A DNA stretch of 64,000 nt. It comes from Cystobasidiomycetes sp. EMM_F5 (lineage: Eukaryota). The notes under the pieces were generated by a model, which worked only from the letters and a program-made list of their open reading frames with translations, had not been told where the DNA came from and made no database searches. The position numbers and the translations under genes were made by a program. The DNA is taken from positions 496,001-560,000 of the forward strand of contig JBPGPT010000005.1 of NCBI GenBank assembly GCA_051047955.1, given 5' to 3'. Shown here piece by piece: positions 1 through 11,239 of this stretch. Every line of letters begins with the position of its first letter. Positions within the stretch are counted from its first letter, which is position 1.

Positions 1-807
1 CTGTAAGCACCACCGCACAAATTTTCCGGAAGTTCCTCGTCGGGGATCTCCCGCTGTTCTGTCAGCCCGGTACTGAGACTCTGACCTCTGCCGTAGAAGC
101 CATCGCCGGTGTAGCCTCGTGCGGTCAACACTAAGGAAGACAGGCGTAAATTCTCCCCTTCTCCGCTCTTTTTAAGTCTACTTTCGTACCAGCAAGCTCC
201 TTGTGGTATCCTATTCGCACAGCATGAAAGTATTTCGAGTGATTCATATGTTTGATCTGCCCTATATAAGTCAGTTCCGCGCCTGTTCACTGTCGAGTAT
301 GCGCACATGTGCCATTTCATGTAGCATGACTTTGCAGACAAAGGAGAAAGGGAGCCACATTCCGGTCATGGGCGACTTTAGGACCAGTTGAATGCACTCT
401 CCCGCGTTGAAATTACGGCCCTATAAAGCTGCTTAACGATGCCGACAGAGCAAGCTGATTGGTGTATTCACCCAAAATTCCCGGTTCGGCGGAAAGTCCT
501 CCAAGGTCATTACACCTAGATGATTGTCTCGCATGATTGGCCATACGATTGCGGCAACTCGCTCGAGAATGTCTTGCGCAATATCCTTGTCTGGTTCATC
601 ACGGACTTTGATGAAGGTGATATTTTGGTTAGGCCGTTGCCGCCTTGACCGTCGAAGCGAAGTAAGCTACTAGCTGGACGGAGTCTTGATTTGACGCTGC
701 TCACCTTTCATTGAGACCTGCACATGCGAAATAATTTGTTTACATCAACAAAACGCGTACAGCTGCGTCACTGCACAAAATTGCGAACGGGTGAGTCCAA
801 TAGGCAT
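1..807 (-). CDS. WLM-domain (Wss1-like) zinc metalloprotease, 5' part; gene runs off the left edge
   Basis: Manual splicing from ATG at 807 gives MPIGLTR|LNER|RQRPNQNITFIK...ILERVAAIVWPIMRDNHLGVMTLEDFPPNREFW|GRNFNAGECIQLVLKSPMTGMWLPFSFVCKVMLHEMAH|IKHMNHSKYFHA...|LTARGYTGDGFYGRG...LPENLCGGAY. HExxH plus a third His and GYTG.GF are WLM-family features. Not visible in the ORF track because of introns. Confidence 0.85.
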
Positions 808-998
808 GGCTGTAACGGGTACTGCGACTGTGACAGCAACAGACAGCCAGAGAAATGCTTGAAGACCTTTCGCGCAGCATACTACTGCGTCGGTCTTGTC
901 ATGACGGCGTTGATCGAAAGAGAGGCAGCTGCAACAGCTTGAAGCTTGGATGTTTGCTTCTGCCTAGCGTGAGGCCGTCTCACGAAAGCCCTAGCAGA

Positions 999-1545
999 AT
1001 GTCGGCCTCTTCATCGTCAACAGCAGAACCGCAGAAGGAAGTGTCGAAAGTCCGGACCTTTCTAGCCGCAATTCCACCAAACGCAGCGTCGGTGGAAAGC
1101 GACGTAAGTTTTCAATCAAAGCGGGACAGCTCAGAGGTAAGCTCGCACAGGCAGCTCTTTTCAGTTATACTGTAAGAGACTGAAGCTTTTCCTTGACTGA
1201 TTAGAGCGATCTATGTCGTAAGCTACCTGGCGGTGGCACGACATGCATCAAGGTGAAATGAAGCGATCATCGCTCTCACAAGTGTCACTGACCAACAATC
1301 ACGCACAGGTCTTTCTCTCTTCTACCGCCCTATTCTCCTCGATACAAAAAATGGGCTATCTGTGCATGGCGCCAGTAGACCCTCTTTCGACAGAGATTCG
1401 TACGTAGTCACAGCGATACCTTTCTACGATGACCATTTTTTTGACATGATTCTCACGAACAGAATGTACGCGTATAGCTCATGGGCCAGTGGCTCCGGAG
1501 CTCGATGTGGGGCGAACGAGTAACGCTACTCCGCCAATTGCGTAA
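999..1545 (+). CDS. Small five-exon hypothetical protein with four Cys
   Basis: Exons join in frame across four GT-AG introns: MSASSSSTAEPQKEVSKVRTFLAAIPPNAASVESD|AALFSYT|SDLCRKLPGGGTTCIK|VFLSSTALFSSIQKMGYLCMAPVDPLSTEI|QCTRIAHGPVAPELDVGRTSNATPPIA*. Divergent from the WLM gene. Confidence 0.65.
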
Positions 1546-1840
1546 TGACATATACGAAGTTCTGGTGCCTCCTGACTGCCGACATGCATATGTGCAAATG
1601 CCGCTCTTTCGCCTTTTGTCGCCACCAGAAAGTCAGCTAACGCACTCACTTTAGCTTGACGTGCGATGCTATTCCGGTCAGAAAGGATTCAAAGCTGGCA
1701 CAGGTCAAAACCTTGTATCAACGGGCATGCAGCGCACTGCATCGCCTAACTTAGCGGGGACAATTGACGTGCACTGCAGTCTTCTGAAACCTTTCATCGG
1801 CGTCATAGGATGACATTTGAAAGATTGACACCCGCACACG

Positions 1841-1848
1841 TATATAAG
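1841..1848 (+). promoter_or_regulatory. Putative TATA box of the first small secreted protein gene
   Basis: TATATAAG about 100 nt upstream of ATG 1943, followed by a CT-rich tract. Confidence 0.45.
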
Positions 1849-1942
1849 CTCGCCTTTTCGCTGTTTCTTTCCTGCACTTGCACACTCACTCCAAATCTCA
1901 ACTTAATCCCAAATCTTCCAATTCGTATTTACATTTAGCACT

Positions 1943-2257
1943 ATGATCCGCATTGCTCGTCTACTGCTCTGCGTCGCTGCAATCTCAACCGGAACAACCA
2001 TGGCACTTCCACAAGGAGATGCTACTGCTGGCCACATGATCACGACCGTGATTTCAGATGTCTTCGTCCCGGCTGTGACCCTGCAGGCCGGACAGACCTG
2101 GAATCGCACGCTGTCGTGGACAACGCTCGTATACAGCGGTCCAATTACAAGGGAGCCGACTCGTATCCCTATGCCAACGCCCGTAACTGTCGTGATCGGT
2201 CCTGGTTCCACTCTCCATGCGCGAATTTCTTCCACAACGTCCGTGTCGCGGGCATAG
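1943..2257 (+). CDS. Small secreted Thr/Val/Pro-rich protein, copy 1 (104 aa)
   Basis: Single-exon ORF with signal peptide MIRIARLLLCVAAISTGTTMA; aligns with the ORF at 2980-3252. Confidence 0.8.
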   Translation: MIRIARLLLCVAAISTGTTMALPQGDATAGHMITTVISDVFVPAVTLQAGQTWNRTLSWTTLVYSGPITREPTRIPMPTPVTVVIGPGSTLHARISSTTSVSRA

Positions 2258-2889
2258 GGTGCACACCTTGCTTCGCTTTCAGCCTTCGTAGCCACAGTAT
2301 CTATCATTGTGCCTTTTCCAGCCTTGCAGTCATGCTTAGTAATTCTGTCTTGCAACAGAACCGTCTAAGTGATGCGTGCGAAGTTTGCGTACAGGTCTTC
2401 CGTCGGTTTACAGTCTTATGCGCCATCGTCACTGACCTCCTAAGCTGTGGTGGACGCGTCCAGACGAGCTCGAAGTAGGTTCCTACATGGAGATCGCACA
2501 AATTACATGCAGTTCACAGTCGCCTGATGGTATACATCGTGCACCTCCTACATGCGCCACCATTCCCTTTCCTAAAAAAGGTCGCGCGAATTGGCATACA
2601 ACAATTTTGATCAACAACTCTCTGCTGACCGCTGTACAACATAGATGTCCGGCACATGAGCTTCCTTTAGGCCTTTAGGACGGTGACTCAGTAGAGATCA
2701 AAGGGTACTGCCCACTTCACAAAGGGTTAGACGGGCGATGAAACGGTCAAAGGAGAGCAGAGCGGCACAGAGCATCGCATCCGGACCAAGACAAGCAGTT
2801 TTAAAAGACCTAACGTTCTCTCCTCGTCTCTCAACCAACCATATCTTCAGCTTTCGAATCCAACTGAACCTACTTCTAAGACAAGCGAT

Positions 2890-2896
2890 TATAAAG
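2890..2896 (+). promoter_or_regulatory. Putative TATA box of the second small secreted protein gene
   Basis: TATAAAG about 90 nt upstream of ATG 2980, the same geometry as copy 1. Confidence 0.4.
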
Positions 2897-2979
2897 GCAT
2901 CGACGTTTCTTCTCCTCTCCTTACAAAAGTCAACCAGTTCAACCTTTACACCCAAGTAAACTGTTTCCGCGTCACATCC

Positions 2980-3252
2980 ATGCCCCGTCTCATTCATCTT
3001 TTAACCTGCGCTGCAGCATTGTGCATTGCACCCACCATGTCCGCTCCGATGGCAATCAGCTACGGCCCAAGGACGCGAGTCATCGAGGATGCCCTGGTCC
3101 CCGGTATGACTCTAGAAGCCGGAGAGAATTTCGTGTATGTCGCACCTGGAACCACTCTATCATTCCAAGGTCCGATAACCGCCGGACCTTCTCACATCCA
3201 TCTTGCTACACCAATTACTACGGTAGAAACAGTCACCCAAACTTTCGAATAG
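2980..3252 (+). CDS. Small secreted protein, copy 2 (90 aa)
   Basis: Signal peptide MPRLIHLLTCAAALCIAPTMSA. VIEDALVPGMTLEAG..GTTLSFQGPITAGPSHIHLATPIT matches VISDVFVPAVTLQAG..WTTLVYSGPITREPTRIPMPTPVT of copy 1. Confidence 0.8.
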   Translation: MPRLIHLLTCAAALCIAPTMSAPMAISYGPRTRVIEDALVPGMTLEAGENFVYVAPGTTLSFQGPITAGPSHIHLATPITTVETVTQTFE

Positions 3253-3874
3253 CACTCAATGGCAATGAACTCGCTACATCGTCGCGTTTGTGTAGTGCCT
3301 GTTACGTTTAGCTGCTGTAGTTTGCGCAATTTTGCTCCACCGTCTCTCAGCTTCGGAACATTGCGGCAATGGGAAAATACTGGCTGCAGCTCAGCCATTG
3401 TCTCTCTCGATGTGCCAAACTACCATTGGTAACATCAATTGTGCTGTCAAAGGGCAGGTGCAGCGAACTTTGGGCAGCCTGGGTCAAATACGCCGAAACG
3501 GCTTGAATTTCCTGCAAGATGGCATTGCGTCTTTTGCGTCTTGAAGCGAGTCAATACGGAAGGGAGCTCAGTGCGGACGACGTCTTTAGCTTGAAAAGAT
3601 CAGCGTTGGCAATGGGCAGCGAAAGTCAGAAGACAGGCGGTGTTGGCTTTCTTTGCTCATTCTCATGTGGCTCAAGCTAGGCGCTATCGACTGTCGCACT
3701 TACACTACCGGGTCGAGTCTGGTCGTAGAACACCCTATCGCTTCTGGCCCAGCTTTTCTCCGCAGAGGTTTTCTGCTTCCTCGCCGCGATCGAGGGAAAA
3801 ATCACTGAAATTCGCAGGAGCTCTCGAGAGCCAAAGGAGAGCCAGGCCACCATAACTCGTCCTCACTATCCACA

Positions 3875-4667
3875 ATGACTACCTCACGGTAAGCTCGCAT
3901 GTACGCTTATACTGCGCTTGGACGACTAGCTGATGGCTTCGACCGATGTTCTACCGACTTCGCCTTGGACTCTCGCACAATTATGCCAAACCATGAACTA
4001 TGCTCGATACAACAAACCATGAATGGCTGCATATGCCGCTTATGATTATGCACACGATGTGAAATACCTGCCGCTCCATATGACCCAACAAACAGCCTAT
4101 ACGCGAAAGCTCGCATTCTCGGCTTCACGAGAGGCAAGCGAAACCAGAAGCCGACGTCGTCCCTCATCCAGATTGAGGGCGTCGCCGACAAGAAGGAGGC
4201 AGAGTTCTACTTTGGCAAGGTCAGTCTAGAAATGCCGCCCAGCAACGCTCTGCGACAAGACTACGAAGTAGTCTACAATCCAAGTCATAGCAGATGTTGG
4301 GTGGCATGCTGGCTCAACGGGCAGTCACTGACGCCTTGTTCCTGCTGTGTCAACCCTCATAGCGCATTGCTTACGTATACAAGGCGCAAAAGGCCGTCAA
4401 TGGCTCAAAAGTGCGAGTAATCTGGGGTAAAGTGACAAGGTCGCACGGTGAGCTTATTTCGGTACTTTGTACTGTATGGCACATCTGACAACGTATTCCG
4501 CGCATAGGTAATAACGGCGTCGTTCGCTCTCGATTCCGCTCAAACTTACCGCCCCATTCCTTCGGAGCTTCTGCGAGAGTGGTCAGTCTGTAGCGGCTCT
4601 TCGTCGATCGAAGATCATGTCTAATATCCTACCTTACCTTCAGATGCTCTACCCATCCCGAATCTAG
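3875..4667 (+). CDS. RPL33: 60S ribosomal protein eL33 (L35a), five exons
   Basis: [106 protein letters not shown] matches the eL33 family. Confidence 0.97.
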
Positions 4668-5152
4668 ATCTTCTCCCCCTTGTCGTCACCAATATACCTC
4701 TCTCCGCCAGGCAATTTTTCTTTCTACCAGCGCGGTGTAGCCTTGTCTCGATCTAGTAGCTTGTATAGGCTAGATTTTGCAAGGAATCAACGTGATTGGG
4801 ATGAATGAGGAGTATGGATGAGGATGGCTCATAGCGGATCTGAAATGGTCGAATTTGCAGCACGCCTCAAAAGATTGCCTGACCTGTGTTCACTATTTTC
4901 TATCATCTATTCCGATACTGCGATGCAAAACCACATGCACTTCCCTAACGTACTGAAGTGTCCTGACAACCTAATGCAATATGCTATGTACATCTAACAA
5001 AATAAACACTCAAATTTGCAAAGTCGTGGTCGGGAGCCAACCCGGTCGACAGAGCGATATACGATAGGATGTAGCACGACAAGCGAACGCAGCACAAACT
5101 GGCGAATAGCAAAACAGTGACATCAAGTTGTCGAAAGGCTTGACGCCAATCG

Positions 5153-6370
5153 TCAAGATAGTGGAGCAGAATGCAAATGCCTTCGCCAACAGAGTATCTT
5201 GTAATCGCTTGACTGTGCGCGCAAATGTCCGAATCAGCGATGTCTCGCCTACATCGTGCAATTCCTCCCACAAATACTCACCAATCGGACTTCCTTTCCC
5301 GCAAAGGGAAAGTTGGCTCCCTCCAGGTGTGGAGCTGCCTTGCCGGGTACCCAGCACCCATCAATTTTCGCAACTGCGTGATAGAGCGGCGCGCCTCCCT
5401 CCTCGTAACCGCCGGCTACTGCTGTGTGCTCTTCTGGCGGATGCCCTCCAGAACATGACACCCATTTCATTCTGTGAATTGAATCTTCAGCGTCTTTCAA
5501 GTGTCGAGAAGTGATGCAAGGCTCACTCCGCTGTCAGCGGTAGGATATCGTACCGCCCACTGTGGTTGACCTCCTTGCCCGCAAAGCTAATTCTTACCGG
5601 AGGAGCGAGATGTGGTCCAGCTTTCCCAGGATGAACGGCGTTGCCGAGAATAGCGCTACACACGTATGTAGGGTGCCCAGAGGTATCTGCAAATGCCGGA
5701 CCGCACATTTCCAATATTGGGAATGATGGCATTTCTGCGTTGCTGTTTGCAGGTATACGGAATCCAGCTATTGGGGTGCTCAGGCGTGCCTGAGCGACGG
5801 CAGTATTGAAGGAGATGACTGAGGGCTGGGAGGAAGCGCTGAATGCAGAAGACGATATGGCAGAATTCTGCGAATGTATAGAAGATTGTGACGACCGAAG
5901 TCTGTGCGTCGGCAGAGCGGACAGTACGCTCTTGCCGAAAGTGATGCCAGTATCTGCCGGACTCTCTATTGACGTGTTTGAGTCTCTTTGCTCTTGACTA
6001 GGTTGAACGGCAGAATCGGGCTGTGACGTCGTTGAGAAGAGAGCGGTGACGGGCGAGGAATTTTCTGAAGAAGAGGTCTACAATGCAGAGATGCGTATTA
6101 GCCGAAATGCAGCCATTGTACAGTCTGCTTGCGGAAAATGTTCTTTACGTGTTGCATAGTATGTCCGCCACCGGCTTGATTTAGGGAATATGGCAACGCA
6201 TGGCTGTTCAAAGGCCTCTGCTCACTCCCAGCCGAGCTCGAGGAGGCGTGAGGCCCATCGACGTCGTCCGCAGTGCCAGCGTCTTCGTCTGCAAACGGAT
6301 TGAACGTGAATCCACTGCTGGTGACGGTGTTGCTGTCGCTGCCGTCTACCGATGATGGATGGTCGCTCAT
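5153..6370 (-). CDS. DM9-repeat (DUF3421-like) protein with a Ser-rich disordered N-terminus
   Basis: Two repeats: PTYVCSAILGNAVHPGKA...GKE..RYDIL and AVAGGYEEGGAPLYHAVAKIDGCWVPGKA...FAGKEVRL|SSDYKILCW. Three GT-AG introns restore the frame. Confidence 0.8.
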
Positions 6371-7466
6371 GAAGGAGCTTCAGCGGAGCACACACTGAGG
6401 GAACACGGGTATGGATGCGAGCTGGAGAGAAGCTGCCGTTGACCGTCTCATCAGTCTTTGGAATCGCATCGCTGGGCAAGTCGGCTCACTATTCGCTATA
6501 GCGCGTAAAATGGAGCGCAGTCTCAAGAATACACTGCCATTCCAACAGGGACCGGACAGATACTACGGGCAAGCTCGAGAGCTGGATGCACTGGAGTTAT
6601 ATGCTAGAGCGCGCTTCTTTGGCTGCAGCTGCCTAGCCTAGATATCTTCCGTAGGTCTAGCTAGTGTTTGTTGGCTGCATTTCAGTGGCGACCAAGCCTG
6701 CTCGGCCGCGCTAATGAGCTTGAGTAAGCTGCAGCTGCTTCTGGGCTTTGTGACTACGGTAGAATACTGATCCGCATTGCAACACGCCGTGCCATTCGAT
6801 ACCTAGCAGGCCTCGCCGTCGCAGTCCTGCCTGTTTGTCGTGCCTATCTCGACGCGGCCAGCTTTATTCTTCTCGCTGTCAAATTTTCGTCCAACCCAAC
6901 CCAAGTCTGCTTGCTTCTCTTCGGCTTGAGCAGCCCAAGTGCTGCAGGCCTACTAGCTGCTGAGCTTGTCCCGCTCAAGCTTCGCCAACTACAGCTTGGT
7001 GTTTGCATTATGCCGCGCTCTCTATTTTTCCGTGCCTGAACCACAAAAGTCACTCTCGCTAGCGGCGACACAACCTAGGCCACGGCTCGGAAACGGAGCT
7101 TCGCATGGAAGACTTACCGCCGAAACTCGAATTATGACAAATGCTTTGTCGCGCTGACCCACAAGTCGCATCGCAGCTTGGCTTCCATCTTCTTCACGAG
7201 CAAGATTATTCCCACAAGAAGGGATCCCCACACTTACATCGCGCTTTGTCGCGAATGCCGGCGCACTCCTATTTGACATTGTCTGACGACTTGGACACCT
7301 TCGCCAGACTCTGTGTATGTCCCCCACGGATATCGTCAATAATAAAGCTCGCTTGATAAGAGACGTCGTCTTGCAGAGGTCTGCGCCTCGCTTGTCTGGC
7401 TTACACTCCTCCTATAATACCCAACAGAAGCTGCGATCTGCACTGACCACCTCTAAATCCATACTT

Positions 7467-9038
7467 ATGCAAAAGATACTGACTCCCCTGATGAACGGCC
7501 TTGGTGTCAAGGACAACGCGCCCTCTTCAGCTGCATTGAACGGCACGGCAAATAAAGCTGTCAGACTGCCATCATCAGCCCATTTTGACGCAGAGAAGCA
7601 TTTGTGTTTCGAAGCCCCCACAAAGAAGTGGACGTTTGAAGAGCTCGGCTACGCTGGCAAGGGCATCACTCCTGTTGCCATCACTGAGGTCAGCTTGTCA
7701 CACAATCAAGACGGCAGATACGTAAACGCCTGACTGCACATACGCTTAGCCCTTCCCTCTCTTTACGAGAGATGCAGTCAATGAATTACGCAAAGACTGC
7801 TTGTCGACTGCAGCCCACGAGCATTTCCGATGGTGATGTCGCAACGTGCGAATGTACGAGTGTCTGCTAATTTCGCACAACTTTAGCCAATCCCATCTAG
7901 CTGCTTACCAAGTCCGAGAGTATCATCCGAAGGTAGGCCAACGATCATCGCATTCTGTGCCATCGTCTTGACGTCTACATTTCTCCGCAGATTGCTCCTT
8001 TCCTCTGTCAAGCCTTGAGCAGCCCAGAATTCGTTGCAGCGTGTTCACAAGCTGCCGGTATCGAGCTGGTCCCTATCATGCCCTTGGAGCTTGGTCATAC
8101 AAAGTAAGTCATTCCGTATTCTCTAGTTTCCAGAACATCCCAGCTGAAGTCTCGCTGTCGATAGCTTTCAAGTCGGGCCCGATGGTGCATCTGGGGTCCA
8201 ATCTCTACCAGATGAACCTTCAAAGCCATTCCCTGCGACGAGCCAGACTTCCGACGACGACACTGGCAGTGTAGGCTTCCATCGCGATTCCTATCCTTGG
8301 GTAGCGTAAGTGGTCGAGCCTGGCATTGCGATAATTTTACTAATGGTTCCCCTTCGTAGTGTCACCATGCTATCCGATACCAGTACAATGGCAAGTAAAG
8401 CTCGCGTATGTCATACATGACCACAGCGCTCACTTGTCCGAGTTGTACAGATTGGAGGAGAAACCGGCATCAAAATGCCAGATGGTAGTCTGCTCAAGGT
8501 GAGGCTTCGGCAGCACCTTCGTGGACTGGCTCGCTGACATTTGCTGTAAGTTGTGTGGACCAGGTTTGGGCAATACCATTGTCATGCAGGGTGGCTTCCT
8601 TGTTCACCAAGCATGCAAGGCTTCCAATGCTCCGGAGCGGTGAGTGCTACCTTGCGAGAAACACAGTATGCTCCAAAGTATGCTCACGGTTGCCTTCAGC
8701 ATCAGCATGGTAACGTCGTTCCGCGCCAAGGATTCTTCCTTGCCGGATCCTTCCGTTCTTCATACGATTCGGCCAATCACCAAAGCCAATCGCATCAATG
8801 CTCAGTGGTCCATCTATCGACTCCGGCTAGTTGGTAAGCAGGTCTGCACAAGTCGGACCAGTCATCCCTGACTGTGGCTGTCTAAGCTGATCGCATGAAC
8901 ATGCTGGCGAAACGGCTTGAAGACGAGAGCAAAGATGACGTCTATGCGGAGAAGGAGGTATGCAGCAAGCAGAGCATGCAAGCTTTCGTTGACGAGCAGG
9001 AGGCATACCTCCGTCATGGCATCAAGGAAATGATGTGA
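7467..9038 (+). CDS. Fungal Fe(II)/2-oxoglutarate dioxygenase-fold protein, copy 1 (multi-exon)
   Basis: FDAEKHLCF...EPFPLF N-terminal motif. FHRDSYPWVAVTMLSD..IGGET..GPGLG..QGGFLVHQAC..ER|ISMVTSFR provides the HxD...H triad and the 2OG-binding Arg. Confidence 0.8.
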
Positions 9039-9576
9039 CAAGCGCGCACGATTGAATTTAGTGGGACATCGAAAGACAGTCAGTACCTGTATCGGTAAGC
9101 AAAGTGTAATGAAGCAGAAAGTGAACGTGTCTCGAGACTTGAATGCAGAGAAAGTGACTCCGTGCGGCTTAGCCTTTGTACGGACTGCCATGATCATTAG
9201 TGTCGGATCACATCCACTGATCGCGACAAGCAGACGTCACTCATATCAATCTGAGGACCTGCATGCGGCGACTCGTCCATAATGCCCCGAGACGAGTACA
9301 GTACCAGTATCGCGCAAAGCCGAAGTCTCGATCTTCCCCACGCATACCGCAGCTGCGAGTCTCACGTATACCCCACGAATCGATTGCGTTAGCCGAATAT
9401 ATATGTCGTGGACCCCCGCTCGTTACTGTGGAAGGAAACGGCGAAGACCGCCCCGTTTTACGCTAACGTTGCCTCCTCCACGCAAATACGATAAGCCATA
9501 AAAGCGTGAAGAGGAAGCCTTCGACAGGTTGTCTCTCAATCCATCTTTGCATTGCTACACGCTCAAGCTCATCGCA

Positions 9577-11167
9577 ATGCAGGTCCACCCTAATATTCAA
9601 GCCCATCCATCGTCGGTAGATGCACTACAGGGCATAAAGGGCGCCAAGTATGACGCAACAAGTATCCGCGAACCATCCAACGTCGCCTTCGACCCTAAGA
9701 AGCATCTTGCTTACGTCCCGCCTTCCAAAAAGTACACAATGGAAGAATTAGGATATCCTGGTATTGGCATCAGTAAGATTGCTACAACTGAGGTGAGTTG
9801 GGTCTGCAAAAGCGAGTTCTTGATGCGACCCTAATCACTGTTTTATCCGATTAGCCTTTTCAGCTCTTCACACCAGCCGCTGTACTGGAGTTGCGCAAAG
9901 ATGCTCTGTCTACCAAAGCCCATGATCACTTTCAGCAGTCAGTAGCATTGTGCGATCCATGGATAAAGTACTGAACTATTGCTACCGCGTGCAGCACGCA
10001 CTCTCTATCAGCTTACCAAGTCCGAGAGTACCATCCAAAGGTACATTATAACACAGTCAGAGTCATGACGGTCATAAAATGACAATCATTCAGATTGCGC
10101 CCTTCGTATGCCAAGCTTTTAGCAGTCCCGAATTTGTCAGAGCTTGCTCAGATGCTGCAGGTAAATCCTATATTGCTGAAGATGATATCGAAGCTAATGC
10201 CGGTCGCATTTCTAGGAGTCGAGCTAGTCCCTATCATGCCTCTTGAATATGGTCACACAAAGTATATGCGGGCATATTCTCGCATTGTAGCAGAGATCTG
10301 AGGCATGATGCTGCGCCATTTGCGATTATAGCTTTCAAGTCGGTCCGGATGGACATGCCGGAGTACGGGCACTAGGGGTTGAACCATCGGCACCGATGCC
10401 CCCAAGCAAGGCACCAGAAGACCAGAGCGGCGAAAACTGCGTCCACGAGCACTGTGACGCCTATCCTTTCGTAGCGGTCACCATGTTATCCAATTGCGAG
10501 ACTATGGTATGTTGATTTTGCGATCTCTCAGCAATAAGGTGTTGATCAAGACTTTCGTGGCACAGATTGGTGGTGAGACCGCCATCAAGAAGGGCGATGG
10601 TACCTATGCAAAGGTTTGCTATTACAGCCACCGTACGACGCGTATCCGCACTGAGAGACGGTCCTCTCGTCCGTACAGATCCGAGGCCCCGACATGGGCT
10701 TCACAGTCATGCTTCAGGGTCGTTACTTGCCTCACATAGCCATGCGGGCTTTCAACTCAAAAGAGGTCGGTTCGCCTGTGAAGCCTTGTCAAGGCGAGAC
10801 GTCGCTGACAACCTGATTGCAGCGCATCACTATGGTCACCAGCTTTCGAGCCAAAGACGCCATGATGGTAGATGATTCCAACTTGACCAATATCCGCAAT
10901 TTCTCCCGCCGCAATCGATTGAATGCTCAGTGGTCTATCTATCGCTTAAAGCTAGTCGGTATGTAGATACTCGTTCACTGGCGTGAATTGCAATCTGACT
11001 GGCATTGTGAAGCCGAGCGCATGAACATTGTGGCCAAGAAGATAGAAGATGAGTCCAAGGACGATGTGTATGCCGAGAAGGACGTCTGGAACAAGCAGAC
11101 TATGCAAGCCTTCGTCGATGAGCAGATGAAGTATCTCAATTACGGTATTTCGGAGATGATGGACTAG
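9577..11167 (+). CDS. Fungal Fe(II)/2-oxoglutarate dioxygenase-fold protein, copy 2 (tandem paralog)
   Basis: FDPKKHLAY...EPFQLF; EHCDAYPFVAVTMLSN..IGGETAI..RGPDMG..QGRYLPHIAM..E|RITMVTSFR. Colinear with copy 1. Confidence 0.8.
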
Positions 11168-11239
11168 TGTGAGGCCATGGCGAGGTCAGTGTAGCCAGCA
11201 AAGTATAGGAATAAGATGCAACGAAGAGAATCTTTCATA

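Noticed and set aside
4800..4885. Possible C/D-box snoRNA downstream of RPL33 (ATGAGGA...CTGA...CTGA)
   Set aside because: The C box is imperfect, there is no terminal stem, and I could see only about 8 nt of possible rRNA complementarity.
6400..7460. 1-kb intergenic region with several 60-105 aa ORFs
   Set aside because: No motif, splice pattern or RNA-gene structure; consistent with a divergent promoter region.
9036..9100. Stop-codon readthrough giving a cryptic peroxisomal signal
   Set aside because: The stops I checked lack the TGA-CTA context, and this extension does not end in an SKL-like tripeptide.
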